DNA from: a bacterium
GTDB taxonomy: Bacteria > Electryoneota > JAOADG01
Assembly: GCA_963681965.1 (NCBI GenBank)
Contig: OY820579.1
Coordinates: forward strand, 1,568,001 to 1,632,000
Reading direction: 5' to 3'
DNA: 64,000 nt
Positions within the stretch are counted from its first letter, which is position 1; each line of letters begins with the position of its first letter. This document shows positions 28,063-37,529 of the stretch, in pieces. The translations under genes were made by a program, and so were the position numbers. The notes under the pieces are model-generated. The model did not search any database. It was not told the origin of the DNA and saw only the letters and a list, made by a program, of their open reading frames with translations.

Positions 28063-30270
28063 TTATACCCCCGATTCGATCGTTACAAAGTTGACGTTCA
28101 TCCCGGTTCCACCCATCAGTGGGTCAGTCGCGTACCGTGTAATCAATTGCGAATCGCTGGCTCCCTTTCCGAATGCATGACGCAATCGTCTGGAAGTGTG
28201 TCCGAATCCGTGAACCATGTACACGCAGTCCGGTCGAATCCGCTCGGTTGCTTTCACGCGAATCTTATTTGACAGCACACCATCTTGATTCTTCAGTTTC
28301 ACGTAATCGCCGCTTTTCAAATCCAATCGATTCGCTACATCATTATTGATCCAGATCTCATTTTCCGGCATCATATCGGAGAGAATTCGATTCGTTTGCG
28401 TCCGACCAAACGAGTGCATCGGCGCACGTCCATACAATAATCGGAATGAACCCGGTGGTGGTTCGACTGGGCGTTTATATTTCGGAACCGGATCGAATCC
28501 CGCTTGTTGCAACTGAACGGAATAGAACTCGATCTTTCCGGATGGTGTGTCGAATATCGGTGGAACCCCTTCTTCGTAATAATTCGGTTGCTTAGCACCG
28601 CGGATAATTCCGCTTTCTTTCAATGCCGCAAGCGAATAACCACCTTTTTTCAGACGGGAATCGAGATATTCCTCGATATCCTGCCACGGGAAATAATTAC
28701 CCAACCCCAATCGATTTGCCAACTGCTTGGCGATCCACCAATTCGGTTTTTGGTCGTCAGGCGACTTTACTACTGGTTGTCGTAGGGCGATAAATGGATC
28801 GCGGAACCATTCCACATTCAGATCGTCGTACCGTTCGAGATAGACCGATTCTGGCAATACGACATCGGCCCAACCTGCGATCTCACTCGGAACCACGTCG
28901 ATCACGACCAGCAAATCAAGTTGCTTGATCGCTTCGATCGTTGCTTTCTCATTGGGTAATGCACTCATCAAATTGGTGGCATAAACCATCCACCCCTTGA
29001 TCGGATAAGGTTTGCCGCTGATTGTCGCTTCGCGAATTCCAGTCGTTATCGATTCGTGTGCAAAGGGGTATTTGTTTCCCGGATTGTCAACTTTTGCCTT
29101 TTCTGAATGAGGGTAGGGAGGGTAGGGATAACCGGGCAATTCCATACTTACCGGTGTAAAGAAGCTCCCTTTGCGTCCCCAGCTTCCGAGCAGTGCATTG
29201 AGCAGTGCAATTGCCCGACTCCGTTGCGCATCGTCGCCGTACCATGTCGCATGTCGACCCGGATGAACTAGTGTTGCCGGCTTGTGTTGCGCCATTGCCC
29301 GCGCGGTTTCACGAATCGTTTCCGGATCGATATTTGTTTCGGGGTATGCCCATTCTGGCGTGTAAGGGGCAATTTCCGCAGCGAAATTCTCAAAGCCGAA
29401 ACCGTACTTCTTCACATATTCTTCATCGTACAGTTTCTCACGCACTATTGTGTTCATCCAAGCCAATAGCAGTGCGAGATCGGTTCCCGGTTTGATGGGA
29501 AGATACCACTTCGCCTTGCTCGCTGCGATAGAAAAACGGGGATCGGCAACAATGATTGTCGCGCCATTATCGATTGCCTCGGCGAATTCTTGTACCTGAC
29601 TATTGTGCATATTTTCGCCGAGATGAGAACCGAGCAGGACAATGCACTTTGAATATTTGATATCGGTGCGTTCCGGTGATCCGACATCTTCGCCGAATGT
29701 CAAGCGGAATCCGACATCCCGAGGTCCCCGGCACTGAGCAAACGATGGAGCGGTGATATTGGGTGAACCGTACGCCTTGATGAGGTGTTTTAGAAAATTT
29801 CCACCGATACCGTGACTGAATAGCGCAACCGATTCTGGTCCAAAGCTAGACTTGATCGTTTTCATTTTATCGGCGATGAAGTTCAGTGCTTCATCCCAAG
29901 TTACTTCCACCCACTCTTCGTTTCCGCGAACACTTTTCCGCAATAGCGGTGCTTTCAATCGGTCTGGATCGCTTTGCGCACCGACTCCGCCAGTACCACG
30001 AGGACATAGCCTTCCATTACTCAGTGGATCTAAAGGATTACCTTCCAGTTTCCACAATTTTCCATTTTCTACGGATGCAATGGCACCACATTTCCAGAAA
30101 CAGATATCGCAGAATGTGGGAATTCGCTGAATGCGGTCGGAAGGTTTTCCTTCAAGGGCGAAGGCTAGATCACCGAAAAGGCGGGTGGGCTGCATTACTT
30201 TTGCTGCAGCAGCTACCCCGATCGCGGTCGATGAAATTTGTAGGAATCTTCGTCGAGAAATTGAATCCAT
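28063..30270 (-). CDS. psrA: Tat-exported molybdopterin oxidoreductase, PsrA/PhsA family
   Basis: SRRRFLQ Tat motif, CDICFWKC..LCPRG FS0 cluster, SFAQCRGPR Cys ligand region, ADVVLPESVYLER, HGFGH. Confidence 0.88.
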   Translation of the reverse strand: MDSISRRRFLQISSTAIGVAAAAKVMQPTRLFGDLAFALEGKPSDRIQRIPTFCDICFWKCGAIASVENGKLWKLEGNPLDPLSNGRLCPRGTGGVGAQSDPDRLKAPLLRKSVRGNEEWVEVTWDEALNFIADKMKTIKSSFGPESVALFSHGIGGNFLKHLIKAYGSPNITAPSFAQCRGPRDVGFRLTFGEDVGSPERTDIKYSKCIVLLGSHLGENMHNSQVQEFAEAIDNGATIIVADPRFSIAASKAKWYLPIKPGTDLALLLAWMNTIVREKLYDEEYVKKYGFGFENFAAEIAPYTPEWAYPETNIDPETIRETARAMAQHKPATLVHPGRHATWYGDDAQRSRAIALLNALLGSWGRKGSFFTPVSMELPGYPYPPYPHSEKAKVDNPGNKYPFAHESITTGIREATISGKPYPIKGWMVYATNLMSALPNEKATIEAIKQLDLLVVIDVVPSEIAGWADVVLPESVYLERYDDLNVEWFRDPFIALRQPVVKSPDDQKPNWWIAKQLANRLGLGNYFPWQDIEEYLDSRLKKGGYSLAALKESGIIRGAKQPNYYEEGVPPIFDTPSGKIEFYSVQLQQAGFDPVPKYKRPVEPPPGSFRLLYGRAPMHSFGRTQTNRILSDMMPENEIWINNDVANRLDLKSGDYVKLKNQDGVLSNKIRVKATERIRPDCVYMVHGFGHTSRRLRHAFGKGASDSQLITRYATDPLMGGTGMNVNFVTIESGV

Positions 30271-30548
30271 AGTTCCTCGTCAAGAGTATGAGTAGGAAAG
30301 AATCTGGCGAACTAATCTACAAGATACAACCAAAATATCGGGAATCGGGACTGGTATTGAGTGTTTTGAAAAAATGCAAATAATGTTTTGAATTATAAAG
30401 TGATAGAACTGATTATTGAGAATATAAGTGATAGAATCATAACCAAAAAGTCTTTTAGGATAAGGCGATGATAAAATTGTCTAATTGCGGGTATTATATT
30501 AATCACGGGATGTAACATCGATCATAAGAAATTTATGACTTGCTGTTA

Positions 30549-30662
30549 TAGTATTTCTTGATAATAAGTTGTTATCGGTAGTAGGGGCGGACCCCCGCGT
30601 CCGCCCGCAGGTCAGGCGATCCTTGACACCGAATCATGACAACTTATTTTCAAGAAACACTA
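30549..30662. mobile_element. MITE-like element with terminal inverted repeats and an internal REP hairpin
   Basis: 28-bp IR 30548-30575 / 30636-30663 with 3 mismatches; internal GTAG-GGGCGGAC-CCCCGC-GTCCGCCC. Confidence 0.6.
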
Positions 30663-30728
30663 TTGTGATATTCCGCTAGTTTTGCGCATTATGTTCTACG
30701 ACGAATACGAATTGATCAGGAAATCCGA

Positions 30729-31316
30729 ATGAAAATTGCAGGTGTAATCTTAGCAGGTGGTGAAAGCAGTCGGATGGGGATGAATAAATCCCAAATTGTA
30801 TTGCGCAATGGTCGAACAATGCTCGAGCAGATGATTGCACAACTACAACCCATCGTCGATGAAATCATTGTCGCGGGAGGCACAGAAATCAATTGTTCAC
30901 TTGGAGGAGTAAAATCACTTAGTGATCTGCACCCGCATTGCGGACCGATATCGGGTATCGAAACTGCCCTTACGAGTAATTACACCGATGCATACTTGAT
31001 CGTCGCCTGCGACCAACCATTACTGACAACATCACTTCTCGCGAAATTGATATCTGAAGTAAAAAAAACTGCATTGGTATATTTCAAAGATGAATCGGGA
31101 AATTGTTTAGACCCATTCCCCGGTCTATATCCTTCGATATTCTCTATTAATTATTCGACTGCGATTGCCGACCAGAATTTCTCGATTCGAAGAATAGCTG
31201 CATCGCTGCCAACCGAATGGATTGAAATATCAAATGAAGAAGCCGCACAGTTGAAAAGTTTCAATACCCCCCAAGATCTAGCAGATTACTCCGATCTCTT
31301 TTTAATTAATAAATAA
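30729..31316 (+). CDS. mobA: Molybdenum cofactor guanylyltransferase
   Basis: GVILAGGESSRMG.NK, GPISGI, VACDQP, FNTPQD; divergent from psrA. Confidence 0.88.
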   Translation: MKIAGVILAGGESSRMGMNKSQIVLRNGRTMLEQMIAQLQPIVDEIIVAGGTEINCSLGGVKSLSDLHPHCGPISGIETALTSNYTDAYLIVACDQPLLTTSLLAKLISEVKKTALVYFKDESGNCLDPFPGLYPSIFSINYSTAIADQNFSIRRIAASLPTEWIEISNEEAAQLKSFNTPQDLADYSDLFLINK

Positions 31317-31319
31317 CTG

Positions 31320-31934
31320 TTATTGAGAATCGGAATCGTAAGCTTTCTTCAAGTAATCGACAACTTCCGTATCAATTTCTTGGATTGAAGAAATCCCAAT
31401 CCGATGAGTGATCCGATCCCCTTTGTTCGCGCCTCCGGTATCGATTAGTCGTGTGGTTGATGGTGTATTATGCAATGATAATCCAAGATCAAGTCGGGTA
31501 CGGGTACTCGGTTTGAGCTGAGCAAATACATGTGTCCGGTATAATGGAACAATCGTTTTACACGGACAAGCTTTCACATCGGATCCCAATGAAAATGCCA
31601 TCTCAAGCAACCTATCGTAAATCGGCAGTAATCCCGATTTCGCACCTGAAAACATGGTATCTACATAGCGTTCGGCATCAGTGAGATAACTCTCGGGATG
31701 AGCGCCGAATTGATCCTTGCCTAATGCATAATCGACAATCCATCCCGCGCTATTATTGCCTAAGCCGAATTCAACTTTCAATTGGTCCCGGTATTCTTGT
31801 TCACTCAATATTGGTTGAGATTGGATGATAGCGATCCATTCCGGAAGTGTCTTACCGGTCTTCGCTTTGATTTCCGATATCCATTTTTCCACAATTGCGA
31901 TCGATGGATGGATACTATATCCGTGTTTCTGCAT
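31320..31934 (-). CDS. DUF4287/DUF5655-like protein
   Basis: KTGKTLPEW N-domain; PCKTIVPLYR..FAQ..RLDLGL..RITHRI C-domain. Confidence 0.7.
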   Translation of the reverse strand: MQKHGYSIHPSIAIVEKWISEIKAKTGKTLPEWIAIIQSQPILSEQEYRDQLKVEFGLGNNSAGWIVDYALGKDQFGAHPESYLTDAERYVDTMFSGAKSGLLPIYDRLLEMAFSLGSDVKACPCKTIVPLYRTHVFAQLKPSTRTRLDLGLSLHNTPSTTRLIDTGGANKGDRITHRIGISSIQEIDTEVVDYLKKAYDSDSQ

Positions 31935-31962
31935 ACTGTTTGTTCGCTAACTTCTAGATCAG

Positions 31963-32406
31963 TTAATTCGAAAACTGTCGGAAATGGTGATCCAGATGTT
32001 TGAAAATTAGTCGTCCCCATTCCTCTCCGGTTAGCGATCCAAATGCCGGGTGAGGATACCATTTTCCAATTGATCCGCGTGCTTTCATTTCCTGAAGGAC
32101 ATTCAACAGTCTCATTTTCTCCGAATCGAATGTTTCCAAGCTAATCTCGACGTTGGGTTGCGAAGATTTGATATTGCGTTTGATCGGGATACTGCTCAAG
32201 GCGATCGGTTTGATGATCCACCGGGTAATAAAATTACTCCTGTCTTGAATCGTAATTTTTCCAAGTGCCATTTCGATACCGGAGGTTACATGAGCCATCA
32301 TCTGCGCGACATTCATGGTGCCCCATTGTCGAATTGAGTCGCGCTGAATTGTTTCTACTCGCTGTAAGATTTTCAAAAAATCATTTTTGTCGAAGATTGA
32401 GTTCAC
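31963..32406 (-). CDS. DUF1569 (DinB-like) protein
   Basis: WGTMNVAQMMAH, HPAFGSLTGEEWG, KHLDHHFRQF; GTG start with GAGG RBS. Confidence 0.82.
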   Translation of the reverse strand: MNSIFDKNDFLKILQRVETIQRDSIRQWGTMNVAQMMAHVTSGIEMALGKITIQDRSNFITRWIIKPIALSSIPIKRNIKSSQPNVEISLETFDSEKMRLLNVLQEMKARGSIGKWYPHPAFGSLTGEEWGRLIFKHLDHHFRQFSN

Positions 32407-32601
32407 GGTAACCTCGAGGTTAATCGGTGTTGAGAAAGTGTAATAATTCTGTTTTATTTTATTGAATAGGAGATGAAGAGAATATAAGCGTCTAGAATAG
32501 GATATTGAAACCAATTCAGGCTTTTGATTCGGATCTGAGCGTATTCTGTTTCTTGCAGTATTGCCCAATTTCGATCCGGCTTATTTTTTAATCTTTTTAT
32601 C

Positions 32602-32630
32602 TGTCATTGCGGGGAACGCAGAGCGCAATC
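32602..32630 (+). repeat. Palindromic intergenic repeat
   Basis: TGTCATTGCG-GGGAACGCAGAG-CGCAATC; shares ends with 24527-24594. Confidence 0.4.
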
Positions 32631-32738
32631 GTGAGCGCTCGAACTACCGATTAAACCTTTTTTCAAGAACCAATAACATCATTTATTTTGCTAATCATCG
32701 TTGCGTATAATCGATATGAATTGTCACCTTTATGAAAC

Positions 32739-32770
32739 AAAAAAAAGGCGAGCCTCGCAGCTCGCCTTTT
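32739..32770 (-). terminator. rpsA intrinsic terminator
   Basis: AAAAGGCGAGC-loop-GCTCGCCTTTT followed by long U-run on minus strand. Confidence 0.88.
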
Positions 32771-32792
32771 CAATACTCTATCGGAAGAAAAA

Positions 32793-34631
32793 TTACTCCG
32801 CTGCTGGTTCTTCGCCAACAGTTTCATCCTTCTCTTCTTCCTTGTCTTCGTCTTTCTGTTCCTTCACCATGTCGCCGATGGTCGGTGCACCAGTCGGTAG
32901 CGGCATGGGCATTTCGTCGTCGGACGGCATCGTCAAATCTTTGGCAAATTCGACCGCAGTCAAAATCACCTTACGATTGTCCTTATCGAATTCTGTCACT
33001 TCCACGACCAATAGATCGTCGGATTTGAGCGATCGTCGTTTTGGACCTTCCGGCGAGCGCGACAGCAACGAATTCGGAATGAATCCTTCGATACCGTACG
33101 GCAATTCGACGATGATTCCCTTTTCAACCAACCGGACAACTTTCGCTACCGTGCGGGAATGAATTGGGAACGTATCGGCAAACACATCCCACGGATTCGA
33201 TTCAAGACGCTTCAGCGACAACCCGATGCGGCGTTCGTCTTTGTCGAGCGACACAACCATCACTTCGATAGTATCGCCTTTCTTCAACACGTCGCTGGGG
33301 TGACGAATTTTCTTCGTCCACGACAAGTCGCTAATGTGAATCAAACCGTCGATTTCCGGTTCCAATTCGACAAATGCGCCGAACGGTACGAGATCGCGAA
33401 CCACACCCTTGTGCTTGCTGTTGATCGGATATTTCTCTTCGATCGTCAACCACGGATCCGGGGAAACCTGCTTCATACCGAGCGAAATCTTGCGATTTTC
33501 GCGATCGATCTTGAGCACTGCGACTTCCACTTCGTCGCCGACCTGAACCAACTGCGACGGGTGTTTCACGTGCTGCGTCCAGCTCATTTCACTGACGTGA
33601 ACCAAACCTTCGACACCATTTTCCAATTCTACAAACGCGCCGTAGCGAGCCAACGAGACCACGCGACCCTTGACCTTGGTGCCACTCGGGTAACGGGTTT
33701 CGATATCGTCCCAGTAATTTTCTTGCAATTGCTTGAGACCAAGCGAAATGCGGCGTTTATCGGGATCGTAGGAAAGTACTTTGACAGTAATGCGCTGATC
33801 GAGTTGAACCACTTGCGACGGGTGTTCGACGCGGCTCCAAGACAAATCGGTAATGTGGAGCAAACCGTCGACGCCACCAAGGTCGACGAAGACACCGAAG
33901 TCGGTAATATTCTTGACCGTACCTTCGATCACGACATCGCGGCGACCTTCTTCGATGATCAACTTGTGCAATGTATCCAGAATTTCCGTGCGGCGTTCGC
34001 TCAGACCTTCTTCCACCAAAACCTTGCGCGAAACCACGACGTTGCGGCGTTGGTCGTTCACCTTGATGATCCGGAAGTCCATCGTGCGACCAAGCAACTG
34101 ATCGAAATCGCGAACCGGATGAACGTCGACTTGCGAGCCGGGGAGAAATGCGTCGATACCCATCAGGTCGATCACCAGACCGCCCTTGATGCGCTTAACG
34201 ATTCTGCCTTGGACTGTTTCGCCCTTGTCGTGGAGATCTTTCACTCGTTCCCAAACACGGAAATGATCGGCCTTGCGCTTGGAAAGAACGGGGTGACCTT
34301 CGTTGTTCATCGCATCGAAAAACACTTCGATTTCGGAGCCGACTTTTAAATCGACCAAGTCGGAGAATTCATCTACCGGAATTACGCCATCGGATTTGTA
34401 ATTCAACGAAATCGTGACTTCTTTTTCGCTGATCGATGTCACTTGACCTTTAACAATCGTACCCGGTTCGATATCGGATGCGGTCATGTTGATCAGGTCG
34501 GAATAATGCTTCATCTGTTCGATACTATGCTCGTCGGACTCGTCCGGCAGCACAAGCTTGGCTTTCTTGCCCTTGCGAAAGATGACTGGTTCTGGAGTGT
34601 TAGTAGTGCTGGTGGTTTCCTCGAACGCCAT
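32793..34631 (-). CDS. rpsA: 30S ribosomal protein S1
   Basis: Six S1 domains; AFLPGSQVD, FGVFVDLGGVDGLLHITDLSW, RISLGLKQL. Confidence 0.97.
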   Translation of the reverse strand: MAFEETTSTTNTPEPVIFRKGKKAKLVLPDESDEHSIEQMKHYSDLINMTASDIEPGTIVKGQVTSISEKEVTISLNYKSDGVIPVDEFSDLVDLKVGSEIEVFFDAMNNEGHPVLSKRKADHFRVWERVKDLHDKGETVQGRIVKRIKGGLVIDLMGIDAFLPGSQVDVHPVRDFDQLLGRTMDFRIIKVNDQRRNVVVSRKVLVEEGLSERRTEILDTLHKLIIEEGRRDVVIEGTVKNITDFGVFVDLGGVDGLLHITDLSWSRVEHPSQVVQLDQRITVKVLSYDPDKRRISLGLKQLQENYWDDIETRYPSGTKVKGRVVSLARYGAFVELENGVEGLVHVSEMSWTQHVKHPSQLVQVGDEVEVAVLKIDRENRKISLGMKQVSPDPWLTIEEKYPINSKHKGVVRDLVPFGAFVELEPEIDGLIHISDLSWTKKIRHPSDVLKKGDTIEVMVVSLDKDERRIGLSLKRLESNPWDVFADTFPIHSRTVAKVVRLVEKGIIVELPYGIEGFIPNSLLSRSPEGPKRRSLKSDDLLVVEVTEFDKDNRKVILTAVEFAKDLTMPSDDEMPMPLPTGAPTIGDMVKEQKDEDKEEEKDETVGEEPAAE

Positions 34632-35008
34632 TACAAATTTCCTATAAGCCTCCCCGCGTTGAACGCGCTCTTCTGGTTCCAGTAGGAACGTTAGTCGGCG
34701 ATACCTTATCGATAATTAACCAATCTTCATAAATCCCGGTATGATGTCCTCCGAGAAAATTTCCGATTACAGCATATCAAATTGTCGCGTCGACAAATAA
34801 AGAGTTAAATCAAAAGCGAGAGAGTAAAGGGACCGACTAGGTTACAGTGTTTGAACGGCGGTCCAATCCGAACAAAACAATACAAGTTATAACTATTCTG
34901 TGAGAAAATGCAATCTTTCTAGATTGAAAATTGACACACTCTCTGAGTACCAATAAACAGTATGTTCTTAATTTACTAGAACTTCGCGTTTGAAAGACAA
35001 TAAAATGC

Positions 35009-35878
35009 TTAGTTATTAATATTCAATGAATTAATAAATTCACTCGGAATTGGCACTTTGTTACCCGAGAAGTCGGTTGCCACGTGGACGCTACTTGCCG
35101 TCGCACAAACCTCGCTTTGTTCGTCAAGAATACGATAGCCGTAGGTCATTGAACTTGCTCCAATCCGGATAATTTCCAGCTCGATTGTTACCGATTGACT
35201 GGTTTGGAGCGGTCTCAAAAAGTCCCCTTCCCAATGGACGACGGGAAGTCCCCATTTGCGTTCTTGCAGCATTTTTCCAATTGAAAATTGTATACTCGAG
35301 AGCCACTCTTCATTCACCCGATGGCAGATTCGAAATAGGTTCGCGTTGAAAATAATTCCCGCAGCATCGGTATCATCCAGATGAATCGTCTCGTTCTTTC
35401 GAAAGACTACCCGCGAGTTGGTTTTGGGTTCCGGTCGAATGCCATTGATCCAATTTTTCAAGAACCGTAAACCCTTACTGTAACTTGCAATACCATTGCC
35501 TTTAAAGGTTGCCACACAGACATCGGTTAGATATGAAGTGCGTCGAAAGAAATCGCGATTGGAAGGATCGGTCAGGTGAACTTCAACGACCGGATAGGAT
35601 ACTGCTTTAATCGTATCGTGCAGCGACACGCTGGTGTGAGTTAGACCACCAGCGTTGAGCAAGACACCGTCAGTTTCGGAGCGGATTGCTTGGAGTTGAT
35701 CGATTAGTTGACCTTCATGATTCGATTGAAAATGTTTCAACCGGAGATCGAGTGATTTTGCTTCTTCGTCCAACTGATTTTGCAGTTCGGTAAGCGACAT
35801 CGTACCGTACAGCTCGGGTTCGCGTTCTCCTAATAAATTCAGATTGGGACCTTGAATAATCCAAATTGTCGCAACCAT
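35009..35878 (-). CDS. aroQ: Type II 3-dehydroquinase fused to hotdog thioesterase (putative DHNA-CoA hydrolase)
   Basis: GPNLNLLGEREPELYG, FQSNHEGQLID, THTSVSLHD, EVHL; C-terminal DDTDAAGIIF 4HBT-like motif. Confidence 0.88.
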   Translation of the reverse strand: MVATIWIIQGPNLNLLGEREPELYGTMSLTELQNQLDEEAKSLDLRLKHFQSNHEGQLIDQLQAIRSETDGVLLNAGGLTHTSVSLHDTIKAVSYPVVEVHLTDPSNRDFFRRTSYLTDVCVATFKGNGIASYSKGLRFLKNWINGIRPEPKTNSRVVFRKNETIHLDDTDAAGIIFNANLFRICHRVNEEWLSSIQFSIGKMLQERKWGLPVVHWEGDFLRPLQTSQSVTIELEIIRIGASSMTYGYRILDEQSEVCATASSVHVATDFSGNKVPIPSEFINSLNINN

Positions 35879-36972
35879 CAGGCAACCCTCCCTTTGTGAA
35901 GATGGGTAATGCGGCTAGTGATAACTTCAGTTATTATCTCGCTTCCAATATCCTGTTGGATAATGGGTTTTCCAATTCCTTCAAGCATAATCCAGCGATT
36001 GGATCCTGCACTACGTTTTTTATCGTGACTCAAATATGAAATAATCGTCTCAGGATTGACAATCGCCTTCGGTACCGGGATCTTTCTAATTGCTTCGTTG
36101 ATCGTTTTCCAGGTTGGTTCTGGTAAAAGGTTCAGTTTCAGTGAGAGATCGATTGCGACACCCAATCCCCAAAGAACAGCTTCGCCATGACGGAAGTAAT
36201 TATACCCGGTGGCAGCCTCCAAAGCGTGTCCGGAAGTGTGACCGAGATTCAAGTATAGCCGTTCGCCACGGTCGTACGGATCTGAATTTACTACCGCAAT
36301 TTTTTTGGATATACATTCATGAACAATGTCGATGGTTGGAGGTACAGAAATGTCTGATTCAATCACCTTGGTCCACATCGCATCGCCGATTAATAAACTG
36401 TATTTGTAAATTTCACCCCAGCCGCAATACAATTCCCGATTGGGTAAGGTTCGAATATAACCGGCATCGACGATAACATGTTCCGGAGGATGAAATGCAC
36501 CGATTAAGTTTTTTCCAGCACTGAGATTTACTCCTGTTTTTCCACCGATCGCTGCATCTACCGATCCGATTATGGTTGTTGGTACTGCGATCCAGTGGAT
36601 TCCACGAAAAACGATCGCCGCAAGAAATCCTACGATGTCGCTGATTACACCACCACCTAACGCAATGAGACACGAATTTCGATCAATCCCTTTGTGAATG
36701 CACTGCTCGGCGACACGTTCGATCGTTTGAAGGCTTTTTTGTTCTTCACCTGCAGGAAGTACAATCACTGCGGATATCTCTGACCTGACTTCGTTCCAGA
36801 TCGCTTCGTAATGACTCCAGACGTTGGAATCGGTGATGATAATCGATCGTTGAGCGGAATCTATCAGCGAACAGACAGAGCTGGGAAAATTTCCATCGGC
36901 AAAATGGATTTCAGTGGAGTGAGTTCCGAAAGTGAACGTTTGAGTTAAGGTTTGTAACATCGTATACGTCAC
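35878..36972 (-). CDS. aroB: 3-dehydroquinate synthase
   Basis: GEEQKS, ALGGGVISD, VPTT..DAAIGGKTGVN, KNLIGAFH, LNLGHT.GHALE. Confidence 0.93.
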   Translation of the reverse strand: MTYTMLQTLTQTFTFGTHSTEIHFADGNFPSSVCSLIDSAQRSIIITDSNVWSHYEAIWNEVRSEISAVIVLPAGEEQKSLQTIERVAEQCIHKGIDRNSCLIALGGGVISDIVGFLAAIVFRGIHWIAVPTTIIGSVDAAIGGKTGVNLSAGKNLIGAFHPPEHVIVDAGYIRTLPNRELYCGWGEIYKYSLLIGDAMWTKVIESDISVPPTIDIVHECISKKIAVVNSDPYDRGERLYLNLGHTSGHALEAATGYNYFRHGEAVLWGLGVAIDLSLKLNLLPEPTWKTINEAIRKIPVPKAIVNPETIISYLSHDKKRSAGSNRWIMLEGIGKPIIQQDIGSEIITEVITSRITHLHKGRVA

Positions 36973-37529
36973 TGTTGAGTTTTGGCGGTATTGATTAATG
37001 CAATGAGACGCTCGGTGGTAATCGTTACCGGTTCGTCTTCATCGATGAATATGATCGCATCGCAACCTTGATAAACACGGTCGCGTTCTTCACGAAGCTT
37101 GCGAATTAGAGATTCGACTTCTGCCGGCGAATTACAGCCAGCGATCAAGGGGCGTTTGGGATTGTTGCCGACTCGTTTACATAAAACTGGAATAGATACA
37201 TCGAGGAAGATGGAGAATCCGGCTCGATGAATCTCCGTTAATGCCCCTTTGATCGTTAATGTTCCCCCACCCAGTGCGACGACTCCTTTTGGTTCTCTAC
37301 ACACTAATTGAAGTTCTTCCCACTCTCGCTGGCGAAAACCTATCCAGCCCTGTTCTTGGACTTGTTGTGCGATAGGTATCCCGTACTTCGTCTCCAATCG
37401 TTGGTCAAGATCGTACACCGGAAGCCGGAAGGCGTAGCCGATCCGACGAGCCAGTGACGATTTTCCACATCCCATTAATCCCGCGAGGAAAATGTGTCCC
37501 AACGATTCCCCCAAGCAGCAAAATGACAT
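36969..37529 (-). CDS. aroK: Shikimate kinase
   Basis: GLMGCGKS P-loop, DLD, ALGGG, RPL. Confidence 0.88.
   Translation of the reverse strand: MSFCCLGESLGHIFLAGLMGCGKSSLARRIGYAFRLPVYDLDQRLETKYGIPIAQQVQEQGWIGFRQREWEELQLVCREPKGVVALGGGTLTIKGALTEIHRAGFSIFLDVSIPVLCKRVGNNPKRPLIAGCNSPAEVESLIRKLREERDRVYQGCDAIIFIDEDEPVTITTERLIALINTAKTQQ

Noticed and set aside
33159-34349. 396-aa + strand ORF
   Set aside because: Antisense shadow of rpsA caused by its codon bias.
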